Position numbers and translations under genes: made by a program
DNA from: an uncultured Actinomycetota bacterium
GTDB taxonomy: Bacteria; Actinomycetota; Actinomycetes; Mycobacteriales; Nakamurellaceae
Length of the DNA stretch: 24,000 nucleotides
Assembly: GCA_963696175.1 (NCBI GenBank)
Contig: CAVOJB010000004.1
Location: 650,152 to 674,151, forward strand
Reading direction: 5' to 3'
The notes under the pieces: generated by a model
Databases searched by the model: none
Told to the model about the DNA's origin: nothing
Seen by the model: only the letters and a program-made list of their open reading frames with translations
In this document: positions 10,086 through 18,383 of the stretch, piece by piece
Layout of the letters: each line of letters starts with the position of its first letter
How positions within the stretch are numbered: position 1 is the stretch's first letter

Positions 10086-10160
10086 CCCGGGCCCAACAGC
10101 GCACCTGGACGGCACCGCCCGCCGGACGGTCCGCACCGATCCCCACTAGTGCGGTTTGTG

Positions 10161-11192
10161 TCAGTAAACAGGCTGGGACGGGACATTGTGCGGCGTGATG
10201 ATATTGATTTGTGACGCGATGGATTCGATGGGTCCGTCGATGGCGCCATTGGCCTGCATGATCACGTGACAGGCGCGGCGCATGTCGTGTCGAAGGTCGT
10301 GGTGGAGGACGGCAGTGATCTGTTTGTTCTGGATCAGCGGCAGGTTGTCCCGGTCGAGGTCGTGGGCGATGAATACCCGGCAGATCCGGCCCAAGAATTC
10401 AAAGCCGTCCAGGATTGCCCTATTTCCGCCGCCGATGGAATACACGGCAGTGATTTCGGGGTGCGCACGAAGAATGGAGATGGTCTTGTCACGGACGGCC
10501 GTGTCAAGGCCGTCGGTATCGGTCGCTTCGATCAGTGTGCGTCTATCGGCCCGTTCCCGCATGGTCGTGCGGAAGCCCATCTCGCGTTCCTCTTCCCCCC
10601 GAAACGCGCTGCGGCTCAACGCCATCAGGATTGCGTCGTCATCTCCAGTGAGCCACTGGTCGATGAGGTAAGCCGCGGTCGCGCCGGCTGCCCGGTTGTC
10701 GATCCCGACATAGGAAACCCTTTGGCTCAGAGGAATGTCGGTGACCAGGGTGACCACCGGAATTCCGGCGTCGTGCAGCCGCCCGATCGCCCCGATGATC
10801 TCGGGTTCATCAGGTGCCTTCAGGATGACCCCCGCGGAACCCCGGTGGCGGATGTCGTCGAGAGCTTTCACCAGCTCGCCCGGACGGGCTCTTTCCCGGA
10901 AGTCGAATCGTGAACGCACTGCGGCCGGACGGAGCATGGGCAGTTCGAGCTCCAGGGCAGACTTGACCGCGGCGGAGAACCGGTCTGGTGTTTGCATGAC
11001 GACGTCGACGATGAAGGTGCGACCGTTCAGGCGCAGCTGGCTGCGCTGCCGATCGAGATCGGTGATCGCCTGCGCGACGTTGGCTGCGGTGCTTGCCCGC
11101 ACTCCCGGGCGCTTGTTCAGCACCCGGTCGACGGTCGCCTCGCTCAGTCCGGACTGCCGGGCGATCTCACGGATTGGATACGGGTGGCCCAT
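10161..11192 (-). CDS. LacI family transcriptional regulator
   Basis: Trimmed to ATG 11192 (MGHPYPIREIARQSGLSEATVDRVLNKRPGVRASTAANVAQAI is the LacI-type HTH). It is followed by a periplasmic-binding-protein-like sugar-binding fold (GVILKAPDEPEII..GIPVVTLVTDIP...VGIDNRAAGATAA). Confidence 0.85.
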   Translation of the reverse strand: MGHPYPIREIARQSGLSEATVDRVLNKRPGVRASTAANVAQAITDLDRQRSQLRLNGRTFIVDVVMQTPDRFSAAVKSALELELPMLRPAAVRSRFDFRERARPGELVKALDDIRHRGSAGVILKAPDEPEIIGAIGRLHDAGIPVVTLVTDIPLSQRVSYVGIDNRAAGATAAYLIDQWLTGDDDAILMALSRSAFRGEEEREMGFRTTMRERADRRTLIEATDTDGLDTAVRDKTISILRAHPEITAVYSIGGGNRAILDGFEFLGRICRVFIAHDLDRDNLPLIQNKQITAVLHHDLRHDMRRACHVIMQANGAIDGPIESIASQINIITPHNVPSQPVY

Positions 11193-11409
11193 GCGGGTGA
11201 GTCTGATGGATTTCTGATTGGTGCACAACTGCACTGCCGTCAACTCTTGTCCGCGCCTAAGCAAGACGGTGCCGAACCGAATCGTGCGGAGTGAGGTGTT
11301 CTTGATGGTCGGGCATCGTCGAGGCGGACCCGACGGTTCCTCGCGCCCGGGGGCGAGGATCCGGCGCGGCGCCGCGCGTCGTCGGGAAGAATGTCCGACC
11401 GTGGCTGAC

Positions 11410-12438
11410 ATGGGAGTCTCGAAGGTGGATGTGCCGCTAGCAACCGGCCCACTGGACGAGCGAGGGTTCGAGCGACTGGTGAACGCTCACCGTCGGGAAC
11501 TGACGGCTCATTGCTATCGCATGCTCGGTTCGATCCACGATGCGGAGGACGTGGTCCAGGAGACGTATCTGCGGGCCTGGCGGTCCTACGGCGGGTTCGA
11601 GGGACGCTCCTCGGTGCGCACCTGGCTGTTTCAGATCGCCACCAATCGGTGCCTGACCGAGTTGGCGAAAACGGATCGACGGATGGTGCTGCCCTCCGGC
11701 CTGGGAGGTCCGGAATCGGATCCGAATATCCAGCTGAAAGAGGTTGGGACAACGATGCATTGGTTGGAGCCGGCGCCGGACACGATGGTGATTGACGACT
11801 CCGCTGATCCTGCAACCATTGTCACGGCCCGTGCGGGCCTTCGGCTGGCTCTCGTGGCAAGCCTGCAGCACCTGCCGCCGCGACAGCGGGCGGTGCTGGT
11901 CCTCCGGGATGTCCTGGCGTTGACCGCCGACGACGTGGCGGTCATTCTCGGAACGACAACGGCGTCGGTCAAGAGTGCACTGCAGCGGGCCCGCGCACGG
12001 ATGGGAGAACTGGCGCTGGCCGAAAACACCATCGTGGAACCGACTGCGCCGCAGGCCCGCGAACTCCTCGACAGGTACATCGCCGCATTCTCCAACGCCG
12101 ACGTAGCCGCATTGGAACGGCTCTTGACGGAGGACGTCACCTTGGAGGCAACGCCGTTGCGCAGCTGGTTCAAAGGGCGCGCGACCTGCATTCCGTTCCT
12201 TCGCGACCATCTTCTCGGATCATCGGGTGACTGGCGCATGCTGGCCACCAGTGCCAACGGCCAGCCTGCAGCGGCGGCTTATCGGCGTGACCAAGACGGA
12301 ACCTTCCAGCCTTACGGTATTTGCGTGCTGACCGTCACCGTGGCCGGCATCCGCCGGATCTCCTCCTTCGGCGACCCGGAACTGCTCTCCGTGTTCGGGT
12401 TCGGCACGTCACCCCTGGAACGTCACGTGGCCGACTGA
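11410..12438 (+). CDS. ECF-type sigma-70 factor with fused C-terminal NTF2/SnoaL-like domain (SigG/TIGR02960-like)
   Basis: Region 2: LVNAHRRELTAHCYRMLGSIHDAEDVVQETYLRAWRSYGGFEGRSSVRTWLFQIATNRCL. Linker WLEPAPD. Region 4: LPPRQRAVLVLRDVLALTADDVAVILGTTTASVKSALQRAR. A ~110-aa extension follows (LLDRYIAAFSNADVAALERLLTEDVTLEATP...). Start ATG 11410; in-frame GTG 11425 with GGGAG upstream is the alternative. Confidence 0.85.
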   Translation: MGVSKVDVPLATGPLDERGFERLVNAHRRELTAHCYRMLGSIHDAEDVVQETYLRAWRSYGGFEGRSSVRTWLFQIATNRCLTELAKTDRRMVLPSGLGGPESDPNIQLKEVGTTMHWLEPAPDTMVIDDSADPATIVTARAGLRLALVASLQHLPPRQRAVLVLRDVLALTADDVAVILGTTTASVKSALQRARARMGELALAENTIVEPTAPQARELLDRYIAAFSNADVAALERLLTEDVTLEATPLRSWFKGRATCIPFLRDHLLGSSGDWRMLATSANGQPAAAAYRRDQDGTFQPYGICVLTVTVAGIRRISSFGDPELLSVFGFGTSPLERHVAD

Positions 12439-12563
12439 GCTGTTCTTCTCTCTGACCGTCGCGTTGAGCGATTCCTTTCTCATCCGCACCGGGTCTTCCT
12501 CGTTGTCGGCAGGCCGATCTCGATGCGCCTGTCGCGTCAACGCAGCTCAAAGGAAGAAGGCCG

Positions 12564-13568
12564 ATGGTGACGAGTATCCCGACGACGATGCGCGCCCTGC
12601 TGCAGACGACCCTGGACGGCCCGAAAGACCTGGGCCTGGTCACCGACGCACCGGTACCAAGACCGGGGCCCGGTGAGGTTCTCATCCGTGTGGTCGCTGC
12701 CGGAGTCAACTTCGTCGACGTCTCGCAGGCTCGGGGCACGTTCGCCGACGGCCCACGGCCGCCCTTCGTGGCCGGCATCGAGGCCGCCGGCGAAGTAATC
12801 GCCGTCGGCCAAGGGGTGACCGGCATAGGCATCGGCCAGCACGTCATCGGTATTGCGATCAAGGGCGGTGCCTTCGCCGACTACCTGGTGGTGCCCGCGG
12901 CGGCGGCGCTTCCGGTTCCCCGTGGCTGGGTCGATGAACAGGCGCTCGGTCTGGTCGTGAACTGGCCGACCGCCATCGCCGCACTCAGGCCGCTGGGCGG
13001 CGTCACCGCGGGACAAACCGTACTCATCCACGCCGCAGCCGGCGGGACCGGCCAAGCAGCGGTAAAGATCGCAAAGCACTACGGCGCAACGGTGATCGCC
13101 GCGGCGTCGGCGGGCAAGCATGGCGTCCTGCGAGCCCTCGGCGCCGACCACGTCGTTGACTCCCGCAGCCCCACCCTCACCACCGACGTCCTGCGGCTGA
13201 CCGACGGCGCGGGCGTCGACCTGGTACTGGAATCGGTAGGTGGTGCAACATTCGAGGCGAGCCTGGCCGCGGCCAAGCGCGTGACCGGACGCGTCGTCGT
13301 TAATGGCCTGGCCGGTGGCGAAGCAACGGTCAGCAACTGGGATCTGGTCTACCGGCACCAGGTACACGTCATCGGCCTGAACATCGGAGTCCTGATCCAA
13401 GCCGCACCACAGATTTTCGGTGCAGTGATGCACGAATTGTTCGAGCTCGTCCAAGCCGGGGTGCTCGGCCCCGGCCAACCGACGACCTATGAACTCGCTG
13501 CTGGACCAACGGCGCTCGCCGAACTGGAGAATCGGACGACCGTTGGCAAGCTGGCGTTGCTGCCATGA
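12564..13568 (+). CDS. NADPH:quinone oxidoreductase / zinc-independent MDR (zeta-crystallin-like) family
   Basis: MRALLQ...GEVLIRVVAAGVNFVDV...PFVAGIEAAGEVIAVG, cofactor motif VLIHAAAGGTGQAAVKIAK, and a C-terminal GKLALLP. A strong Shine-Dalgarno sequence (AGGAAGAAGG) precedes ATG 12564. Confidence 0.85.
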   Translation: MVTSIPTTMRALLQTTLDGPKDLGLVTDAPVPRPGPGEVLIRVVAAGVNFVDVSQARGTFADGPRPPFVAGIEAAGEVIAVGQGVTGIGIGQHVIGIAIKGGAFADYLVVPAAAALPVPRGWVDEQALGLVVNWPTAIAALRPLGGVTAGQTVLIHAAAGGTGQAAVKIAKHYGATVIAAASAGKHGVLRALGADHVVDSRSPTLTTDVLRLTDGAGVDLVLESVGGATFEASLAAAKRVTGRVVVNGLAGGEATVSNWDLVYRHQVHVIGLNIGVLIQAAPQIFGAVMHELFELVQAGVLGPGQPTTYELAAGPTALAELENRTTVGKLALLP

Positions 13569-13613
13569 CCATATCGTTCGGTGTGGTCGTGGGGGTGACA
13601 GCCGGGGAAATCG

Positions 13614-14075
13614 TCAGCGGGTTCGCGTCCAGCGCTCACCGGGAGTCGAGACGAATCGCTTCCAGACGAGGTCCCACGGGGTCACGGCGATGACGGGGAC
13701 CACGAAGAGGATGCTGAACAGCAGGCTCTCGGTCGCTCCGTTCAGGTCATCGGCAATCAGATGCGGCACCGCGACCAGCGCGAGCCAAAGGACCTTCCAC
13801 AGGACCTCGAACATCAGAATCGGCAGCATCCCGATCGGGTACCGAACTCCGAGAAGCGCGAGCAATGCGAGAGCGATCAGGATGCAAATCTGCGCCCCTT
13901 CGATTGCCGGCATTGCGGACACCTGAGGCAACAGCGGCCCCTTGACGACCAGGGTCCCGATGCCCATCAGGAGATAGCCGCTGCGCATCAGGTTGAGCCG
14001 GTAGGCGGGTAGTGTCATCACGCCGGCAACTTTGGATTCGACGGCCGCTTCGGGCGGTGCAGTGACGTTCGACAT
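13614..14075 (-). CDS. Small integral membrane protein (about 4 TM segments), function unknown
   Basis: Trimmed to ATG 14075 (MSNVTAPPEA...) with AAGGAA 8 nt upstream. Hydrophobic segments include GYLLMGIGTLVV, AQICILIALALLALLGV, MLPILMFEVLWKVLWLALVAV and LLFSILFVVPVIAV. Confidence 0.6.
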   Translation of the reverse strand: MSNVTAPPEAAVESKVAGVMTLPAYRLNLMRSGYLLMGIGTLVVKGPLLPQVSAMPAIEGAQICILIALALLALLGVRYPIGMLPILMFEVLWKVLWLALVAVPHLIADDLNGATESLLFSILFVVPVIAVTPWDLVWKRFVSTPGERWTRTR

Positions 14076-14132
14076 TCGGGATTCCTTTCGATGTCGTCTG
14101 ATGTGACGGGTGGCAAAGCGAATGCGGTACTG

Positions 14133-14204
14133 CCGTGACAACTTCCGCTCCCGTGAAGATTTCCGGTGCCGTGACGACTGCCGGTCCCGTGACGACTACA
14201 TTCC
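14133..14204. promoter_or_regulatory. Four contiguous 18-bp direct repeats (consensus CCGTGACGACTTCCGGTC) in a divergent intergenic region
   Basis: CCGTGA starts at 14133, 14151, 14169 and 14187, an exact 18-bp period. The block is centred between the membrane-protein start (14075, minus strand) and the AraC start (14278, plus strand). The repeat is certain; the regulatory role is inferred. Confidence 0.55.
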
Positions 14205-14277
14205 TCCACCTGTCGGGAGATACCCATGACCCTGGGAATCAGATTCCTGACCGCAAGTGACAACCTGACCGAGCCCC

Positions 14278-15306
14278 GTGGTTGAGGCAACGGTCTCGGC
14301 TGGCAATGCGGGCAGTCTGATCGAGCTGGCGGTCGCCAAAGGCGCATCCCGGGACGAGCTACACCGCCGCAGCGGGATCGCCCCGGAACGTCTCCGGGAT
14401 CAGGACGACCGGGTGCTGATGTCGGAGTACTTCAACCTCATGCGAGCCGCCGAGCACTTGACGGCAAACCCTGCGTTCGCATTGGAGTACGGGACGACCG
14501 TGCACATGCAGGAGTTCTCGATCCTGGGTCTGATCTTCCACGCCTGTGAGACGGTCAGAGACGCCATCGTCCAGGCGAATCGCTACGGCCAGCTGGTCAT
14601 CGACGTGGACGTGGGAACCGCTGATCGGTTTCAGTGGCTGCGCCGCGACGGGCAGTTGTGGCTGGTCGATCAGCGGCCTGACCCAAACGACTTTCCCGAG
14701 CTCACTGAGGTGACGTTCGGCAGGTTCATGCGCCTGACCCGTCCATTCTGGGACACTCCGCTCGTGCAGGAGGTGAACGTCACCCACGCCGCCCCGGACT
14801 ACTTTGAGTCCTACGACCGGTTCTTCGAGGTCCCGACGACATTCGAGACCAACTGGAATGCCATGCGCGTGGAGGAGGCTCGCCTCGCGGAACGCATTGC
14901 CGTGCAACCCCGATTCGCCTTCGGCATCCTCAGCGAACATGCGGAGCAATTGCTCCGGAGCTTGAAAGGGACGAAGTCGACCAGGGGTCGGATCGAGAGT
15001 TTGCTGATGCCGATTTTGCATACCGGCGACGCATCAATGGACCTGATCGCCACCCGATTGGCAGTCAGCCGGCAGACGGTTTATCGCCAACTGAAGGCCG
15101 AAGGCGTCACCTTCGAGACCGTCCTCGACGAACTACGGCACAAACTCGCGGTGCACTACCTCAGTGGACAGAAGGCGTCCGTGAACGAAACGGCTTACCT
15201 GGTCGGCTTCTCCGAGCCTGCCGCCTTCTCGCGAGCATTCAAACGATGGACCGGGACCAACCCGGGAACCCTGCGCCAGGCGGGCGCTCGTGGATCCCTG
15301 GAATGA
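14278..15306 (+). CDS. AraC family transcriptional regulator (OruR/VirS-like N-terminal sensing domain)
   Basis: C-terminal double HTH: MDLIATRLAVSRQTVYRQLKAEGVTFETVLDELR...ETAYLVGFSEPAAFSRAFKRWTGTNPGTLR. GTG start at 14278. Confidence 0.85.
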   Translation: MVEATVSAGNAGSLIELAVAKGASRDELHRRSGIAPERLRDQDDRVLMSEYFNLMRAAEHLTANPAFALEYGTTVHMQEFSILGLIFHACETVRDAIVQANRYGQLVIDVDVGTADRFQWLRRDGQLWLVDQRPDPNDFPELTEVTFGRFMRLTRPFWDTPLVQEVNVTHAAPDYFESYDRFFEVPTTFETNWNAMRVEEARLAERIAVQPRFAFGILSEHAEQLLRSLKGTKSTRGRIESLLMPILHTGDASMDLIATRLAVSRQTVYRQLKAEGVTFETVLDELRHKLAVHYLSGQKASVNETAYLVGFSEPAAFSRAFKRWTGTNPGTLRQAGARGSLE

Positions 15307-15351
15307 ACATGCGAGTGAGGCGCGGGAGCGGGTTGCGGTGCTGGGGGCCGG

Positions 15352-15801
15352 TCAGGAGACCGCTGCCACCACAAGCTCGGTGACTTTCTTTTCCACCGCG
15401 GGGCTCCATTTCACCAACGCGAACGACACCGGCCACACGTCGCCGTCGTCGAGTTTTGCGGCGTCCTGGAACTCAAGGGTCGAGTATCGGAGATTGAACT
15501 TGCCCGAGTTCTTGAACGCGACGACGACCTTTCCGTCTGCGTTCGCGTAGGCGGGCATGCCATACCAGGTCTTCGGCGAGAGGTCGGGGGCGTTACCTGT
15601 CACCGTCACGTGCACGCGCTCGGCGAGCTCGCGGTCCTCCGGCGTCATCCCGGCGATACTGTCCATGACAGCTTGCAGGTCATCGGCCCTCTTTGCTCCT
15701 TTCTTGCCTTCCGCCCGAAGTTCGGCGGCCCGCGCCTTGATCGCATCACGCTCCTGCGCGCTGAATCCGGCAGACTCTGCTGTCGCACTGCTCGTGGCCA
15801 T
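15352..15801 (-). CDS. DUF1801 / YdhG-like domain protein
   Basis: 149 aa. The pattern FSAQERDAIKARAAELRAE...MPAYANADGKVVVAFKNSGKFNLRYSTLEF...WPVSFALVKW matches the YdhG-like family as I recall it. A GAAGGGAAA Shine-Dalgarno sequence lies upstream of ATG 15801. Confidence 0.65.
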   Translation of the reverse strand: MATSSATAESAGFSAQERDAIKARAAELRAEGKKGAKRADDLQAVMDSIAGMTPEDRELAERVHVTVTGNAPDLSPKTWYGMPAYANADGKVVVAFKNSGKFNLRYSTLEFQDAAKLDDGDVWPVSFALVKWSPAVEKKVTELVVAAVS

Positions 15802-16220
15802 GGTGGGGGTTTCCCTTCTTCCAATGCGGGACGGTTTTCCGGCCTGCAGACGACAGGCTAGTTGGACCCTCGCAATGGCACTTCTCGATACCTGACCACT
15901 TGGCTCGCATCAACCCGTTCACTCGGGTCGGCCTTCGAACAGCATCGGACTCCTGCAGTGCAGTCTTGTCTTGGTGGATGCTCATGAGCTGCGGACTGCG
16001 CGGCGGTGGTCTTTGCGCCGCCTGAGCCGGAACCGGAACCGTTGCCCGAGAGAGGTTTTGATTGGTGGTGGATCGCAGCGATTGCTGCAGCACTTGTCGC
16101 CATGGCCCTTCTCGTGGGCTGCTCTATTTGCGGTGATCGGCGGTGCATGTGGTCCTTCGGCTAGCGACGCTGAGCCCGGGAAATCCCAGGTGCCCGTTCT
16201 GGTGGTCTGCGTTGTCATCG

Positions 16221-16450
16221 TCAGAACGGGGGTTCGTCGGTGTCGTTGTTGGACGTGGTCGGTCCGGGCTCGGCAATGCCAACCGTGCCGGGAGTTGCAG
16301 CGAGAGTTGTTTCTGCCGGCGGGTTGTCGGTGAGCCCGGTCAGCCATTCCCGGGTGTGGGTGGTGTAGGTCCGGCCGGTCGGGCTGGTGAAGGTGATGCT
16401 GTCGTCCGGGTGATGTTCGGTGTCCCACAGTCCGAAAGTTTTCAGGTCAT
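16221..16450 (-). pseudogene. 3' exon of the intron-interrupted DUF222-HNH endonuclease gene
   Basis: It reads (H)DLKTFGLWDTEHHPDDSITFTSPTGRTYTTHT...DEPPF*, the usual post-HNH tail of REP13E12-type proteins. It is in phase with the 5' exon once the intron is removed. Confidence 0.75.
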
Positions 16451-16490
16451 GGTGAGTCGCCGAGGGGGATTTCACCCCTCGGCGCTCGTT

Positions 16491-16524
16491 GAACCGTGCG
16501 TGACAGTCTCCCGTCACACGGCTC
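16491..16524 (-). ncRNA. Group II intron domain V (catalytic hairpin)
   Basis: The minus strand reads GAGCCGTGTGACGG GAGA CTGTCACGCACGGTTC. This is a 34-nt hairpin with the AGC triad and a GNRA-type loop. It overlaps the RT stop codon, as is common in bacterial introns. Confidence 0.85.
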
Positions 16525-17794
16525 CCCTTGTTGCTCCGGAGGGTAGGGCTCCGTGGCGCCAGTGGACGAAGTATTCCGGGGTCGTGGTCGCGATGAGCGC
16601 CAGTCGTCGCCGGGCCTTCGCTTTCCAGCGGTGCAGGTGTTTGTATTTCCGGCATGCCCAGCTCACGAGGTGTGGGTTGAGGCGGGCTGCGAGGAAGGAG
16701 ATCAACAGGGACTTGTAGAAGCGCCCGTAGTAGTTGATCCAGCCCGCCACGATGGGGTTGATCCATGCGGCGAGTTCGGTGAAGGACAGGTTGGTTCGGC
16801 GACCTAGGCGCCACTCTCGGATGACGGTGGACATCGCTTTGAACGCCTGTTTGCTGGGGGCGGGCAGGTACCCGAGGGCGAACCCGCCGTCTCGCAGGCG
16901 TCTGGTGCGTGGCCGGAACGTGTAGCCGAGGAAGGTGAACTCGACCGGTGCATCCGTTCGAGGCCGCCCTTCCTGGCGGCAGTGAACGATCTTCGTCTTC
17001 TCCGGGTGCAGGGTGAGGCCGAATCGCCGCAGCCGATCAGCGATGAGATTACGCAGGTGTTTGGCCTGCTTCTCGCTGAAGCAGTGAACGATCACGTCGT
17101 CGCAGTACCGTTCGAATGTCATGCCGTCCTGTGTTCGGCGTATCCAGTCGTCGAACGCGTAGTGCATGAACAGGTTCGACAACAAGGGTGAGATCGCGGA
17201 CCCTTGTGGGGTTCCGCGGTCCCGAACGGTGAGTGTCCCGTCCGGTTGTTGGATCGGGGCGGTGAGCCACCGCTGCACGTACAGCAGCACCCAGGGCAAG
17301 GTGGTGTGATGGGCGACCGCTTTCATGATCGGCGCGTGCGGAACGTTGTCGAAGAAGCCCTGGATGTCCATGTCGATCACCCAGGCCTGTTTCCAACAGC
17401 GCTGCCGGCAGGTACCGACTGCGTCCAGTGCTGAACGGCCGGGCCGGTAACCGTAGGAGTCCGGGTGGAACACAGGTTCCACCATGGGCTCCAGGACCAT
17501 CGTGACGACGGTCTGCGCTATCCGGTCCGAAACCGTGGGCACCCCCAACACACGAATGCCCTTTCCGCCTGTTTTCGGGATCTCCACTGCCTTTACCGGC
17601 GGCGGAATGTATGATCCCGAAGACATCCGATTCCAGATTTTGTACAGGTTATTCTTTTCGTCCTGCGCGAAATCTGCCAACGACTGCCCATCGATACCGG
17701 CAGCCCCCTTGTTGGCCTTGACCTTCAGGTAAGCCTTCCACACGAGGTCCTTGGAAATATCAAAAGCCTTACCCTTCCGCAGTGTGTCACTCAT
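16514..17794 (-). CDS. Group II intron reverse transcriptase/maturase (no C-terminal HNH/En domain)
   Basis: RT blocks: IPKTGGKGIRVLGVPTVSDRIAQ, GYRPGRSALDAV, DMDIQGFFDNVPH, GTPQGSAISPLLSNLFM, and the catalytic YCDDVIVHC. Maturase X domain: WINPIVAGWINYYGRFY. The start is trimmed to ATG 17794, with GGGAGG 6 nt upstream. Confidence 0.92.
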   Translation of the reverse strand: MSDTLRKGKAFDISKDLVWKAYLKVKANKGAAGIDGQSLADFAQDEKNNLYKIWNRMSSGSYIPPPVKAVEIPKTGGKGIRVLGVPTVSDRIAQTVVTMVLEPMVEPVFHPDSYGYRPGRSALDAVGTCRQRCWKQAWVIDMDIQGFFDNVPHAPIMKAVAHHTTLPWVLLYVQRWLTAPIQQPDGTLTVRDRGTPQGSAISPLLSNLFMHYAFDDWIRRTQDGMTFERYCDDVIVHCFSEKQAKHLRNLIADRLRRFGLTLHPEKTKIVHCRQEGRPRTDAPVEFTFLGYTFRPRTRRLRDGGFALGYLPAPSKQAFKAMSTVIREWRLGRRTNLSFTELAAWINPIVAGWINYYGRFYKSLLISFLAARLNPHLVSWACRKYKHLHRWKAKARRRLALIATTTPEYFVHWRHGALPSGATRGAV

Positions 17795-18383
17795 CAGATT
17801 CCTCCCGATACTCGGTTGATCTGCTGATGACACCCAACAAGCCGGTCCCTTTGCTCGGATTCCATTACAGAACCGTCCATGCTACTACGGACCGATCCGC
17901 CCTCCTGTCCCGAATCCGGTACTCTGATCCCTTGTTGCTCTTCACAACTCGGGAAACTCCCTTCCAGCGACACCCACCAACGGGCGCCGCCATGTCGGGA
18001 CGAGGAGTTCTCCTGTTCCATGTCAGAGCCTGGACTGAGCTCGCGCCGCCTATATGCCGGACACCGCCGAGGCAGAATGCAGATCACTCCTCGACTTATC
18101 CCGGGGAAACCACCAGTCCCCGGTTCTGATGTCACCTTATGCATTACGACACGTCATCAGCGGTTCACTTTCGTTCGCCTTCTCAGCCCATACCTGCCAT
18201 CTCTTACGATGACTTTTCCATGACGCTCACCACCACGGCTCATTCACCGCAGCAGCTCATGGCGGTTTGGAATCGCCTACTGCCTGGCGAATCCGAGGGA
18301 CCTACCCTCATCTCCGACACAGCACTACAATCAGCTCGTTTCGTCTTCTACATCGAAACTCTCCAATCGTATTCAGGACACAC

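Larger units (their letters stand above)
16451..18383 (-). mobile_element. Group II intron, complete (~1933 nt, boundaries +/-1 nt), En-minus RT/maturase type
   Basis: 5' end GTGTGTCCTGAATACG (GUGYG consensus) at 18383 going downwards. The RT/maturase ORF sits in domain IV. Domain V is at 16491-16524. The domain VI hairpin GAGCGCCGAGGGG/TGAAAT/CCCCTCGGCG(A)CTC has a bulged A. GC content is lower than the flanking DNA. The intron has the same orientation as the host gene. Confidence 0.9.

Noticed and set aside
11218-11231. GTGCACAACTGCAC inverted repeat as the operator of the first LacI regulator
   Set aside because: The arms are only 5 bp with a non-symmetric centre. That is too weak to call without comparative data.
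11193-11411. N-terminal extensions of the LacI ORF (to 11411) and of the sigma-factor ORF (from 11218)
   Set aside because: The two extensions overlap each other on opposite strands and are not protein-like. Both families start close to their HTH or region-2 motifs, which gives 11192 and 11410.
12439-12563. ECF-type promoter (GGAAC/TGTCACA -35 with CGTC -10) between the sigma factor and the oxidoreductase
   Set aside because: TGTCGCG at ~12529 is too close to the RBS and has no properly spaced CGTC. No confident match.
15858-16148. 96-aa minus-strand ORF (MATSAAAIAAIHHQSKPLSGNGSGSGSGG...)
   Set aside because: Third-position GC is only about 55 percent, against a much higher value in neighbouring genes. 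The product has a low-complexity core, and there is no RBS.
16514-17794. Reverse transcriptase as a retron, DRT or Abi-type anti-phage defence RT
   Set aside because: The maturase X domain, the flanking GUGYG 5' end, the canonical domain V and domain VI, and the in-phase host exons identify it as a group II intron IEP.
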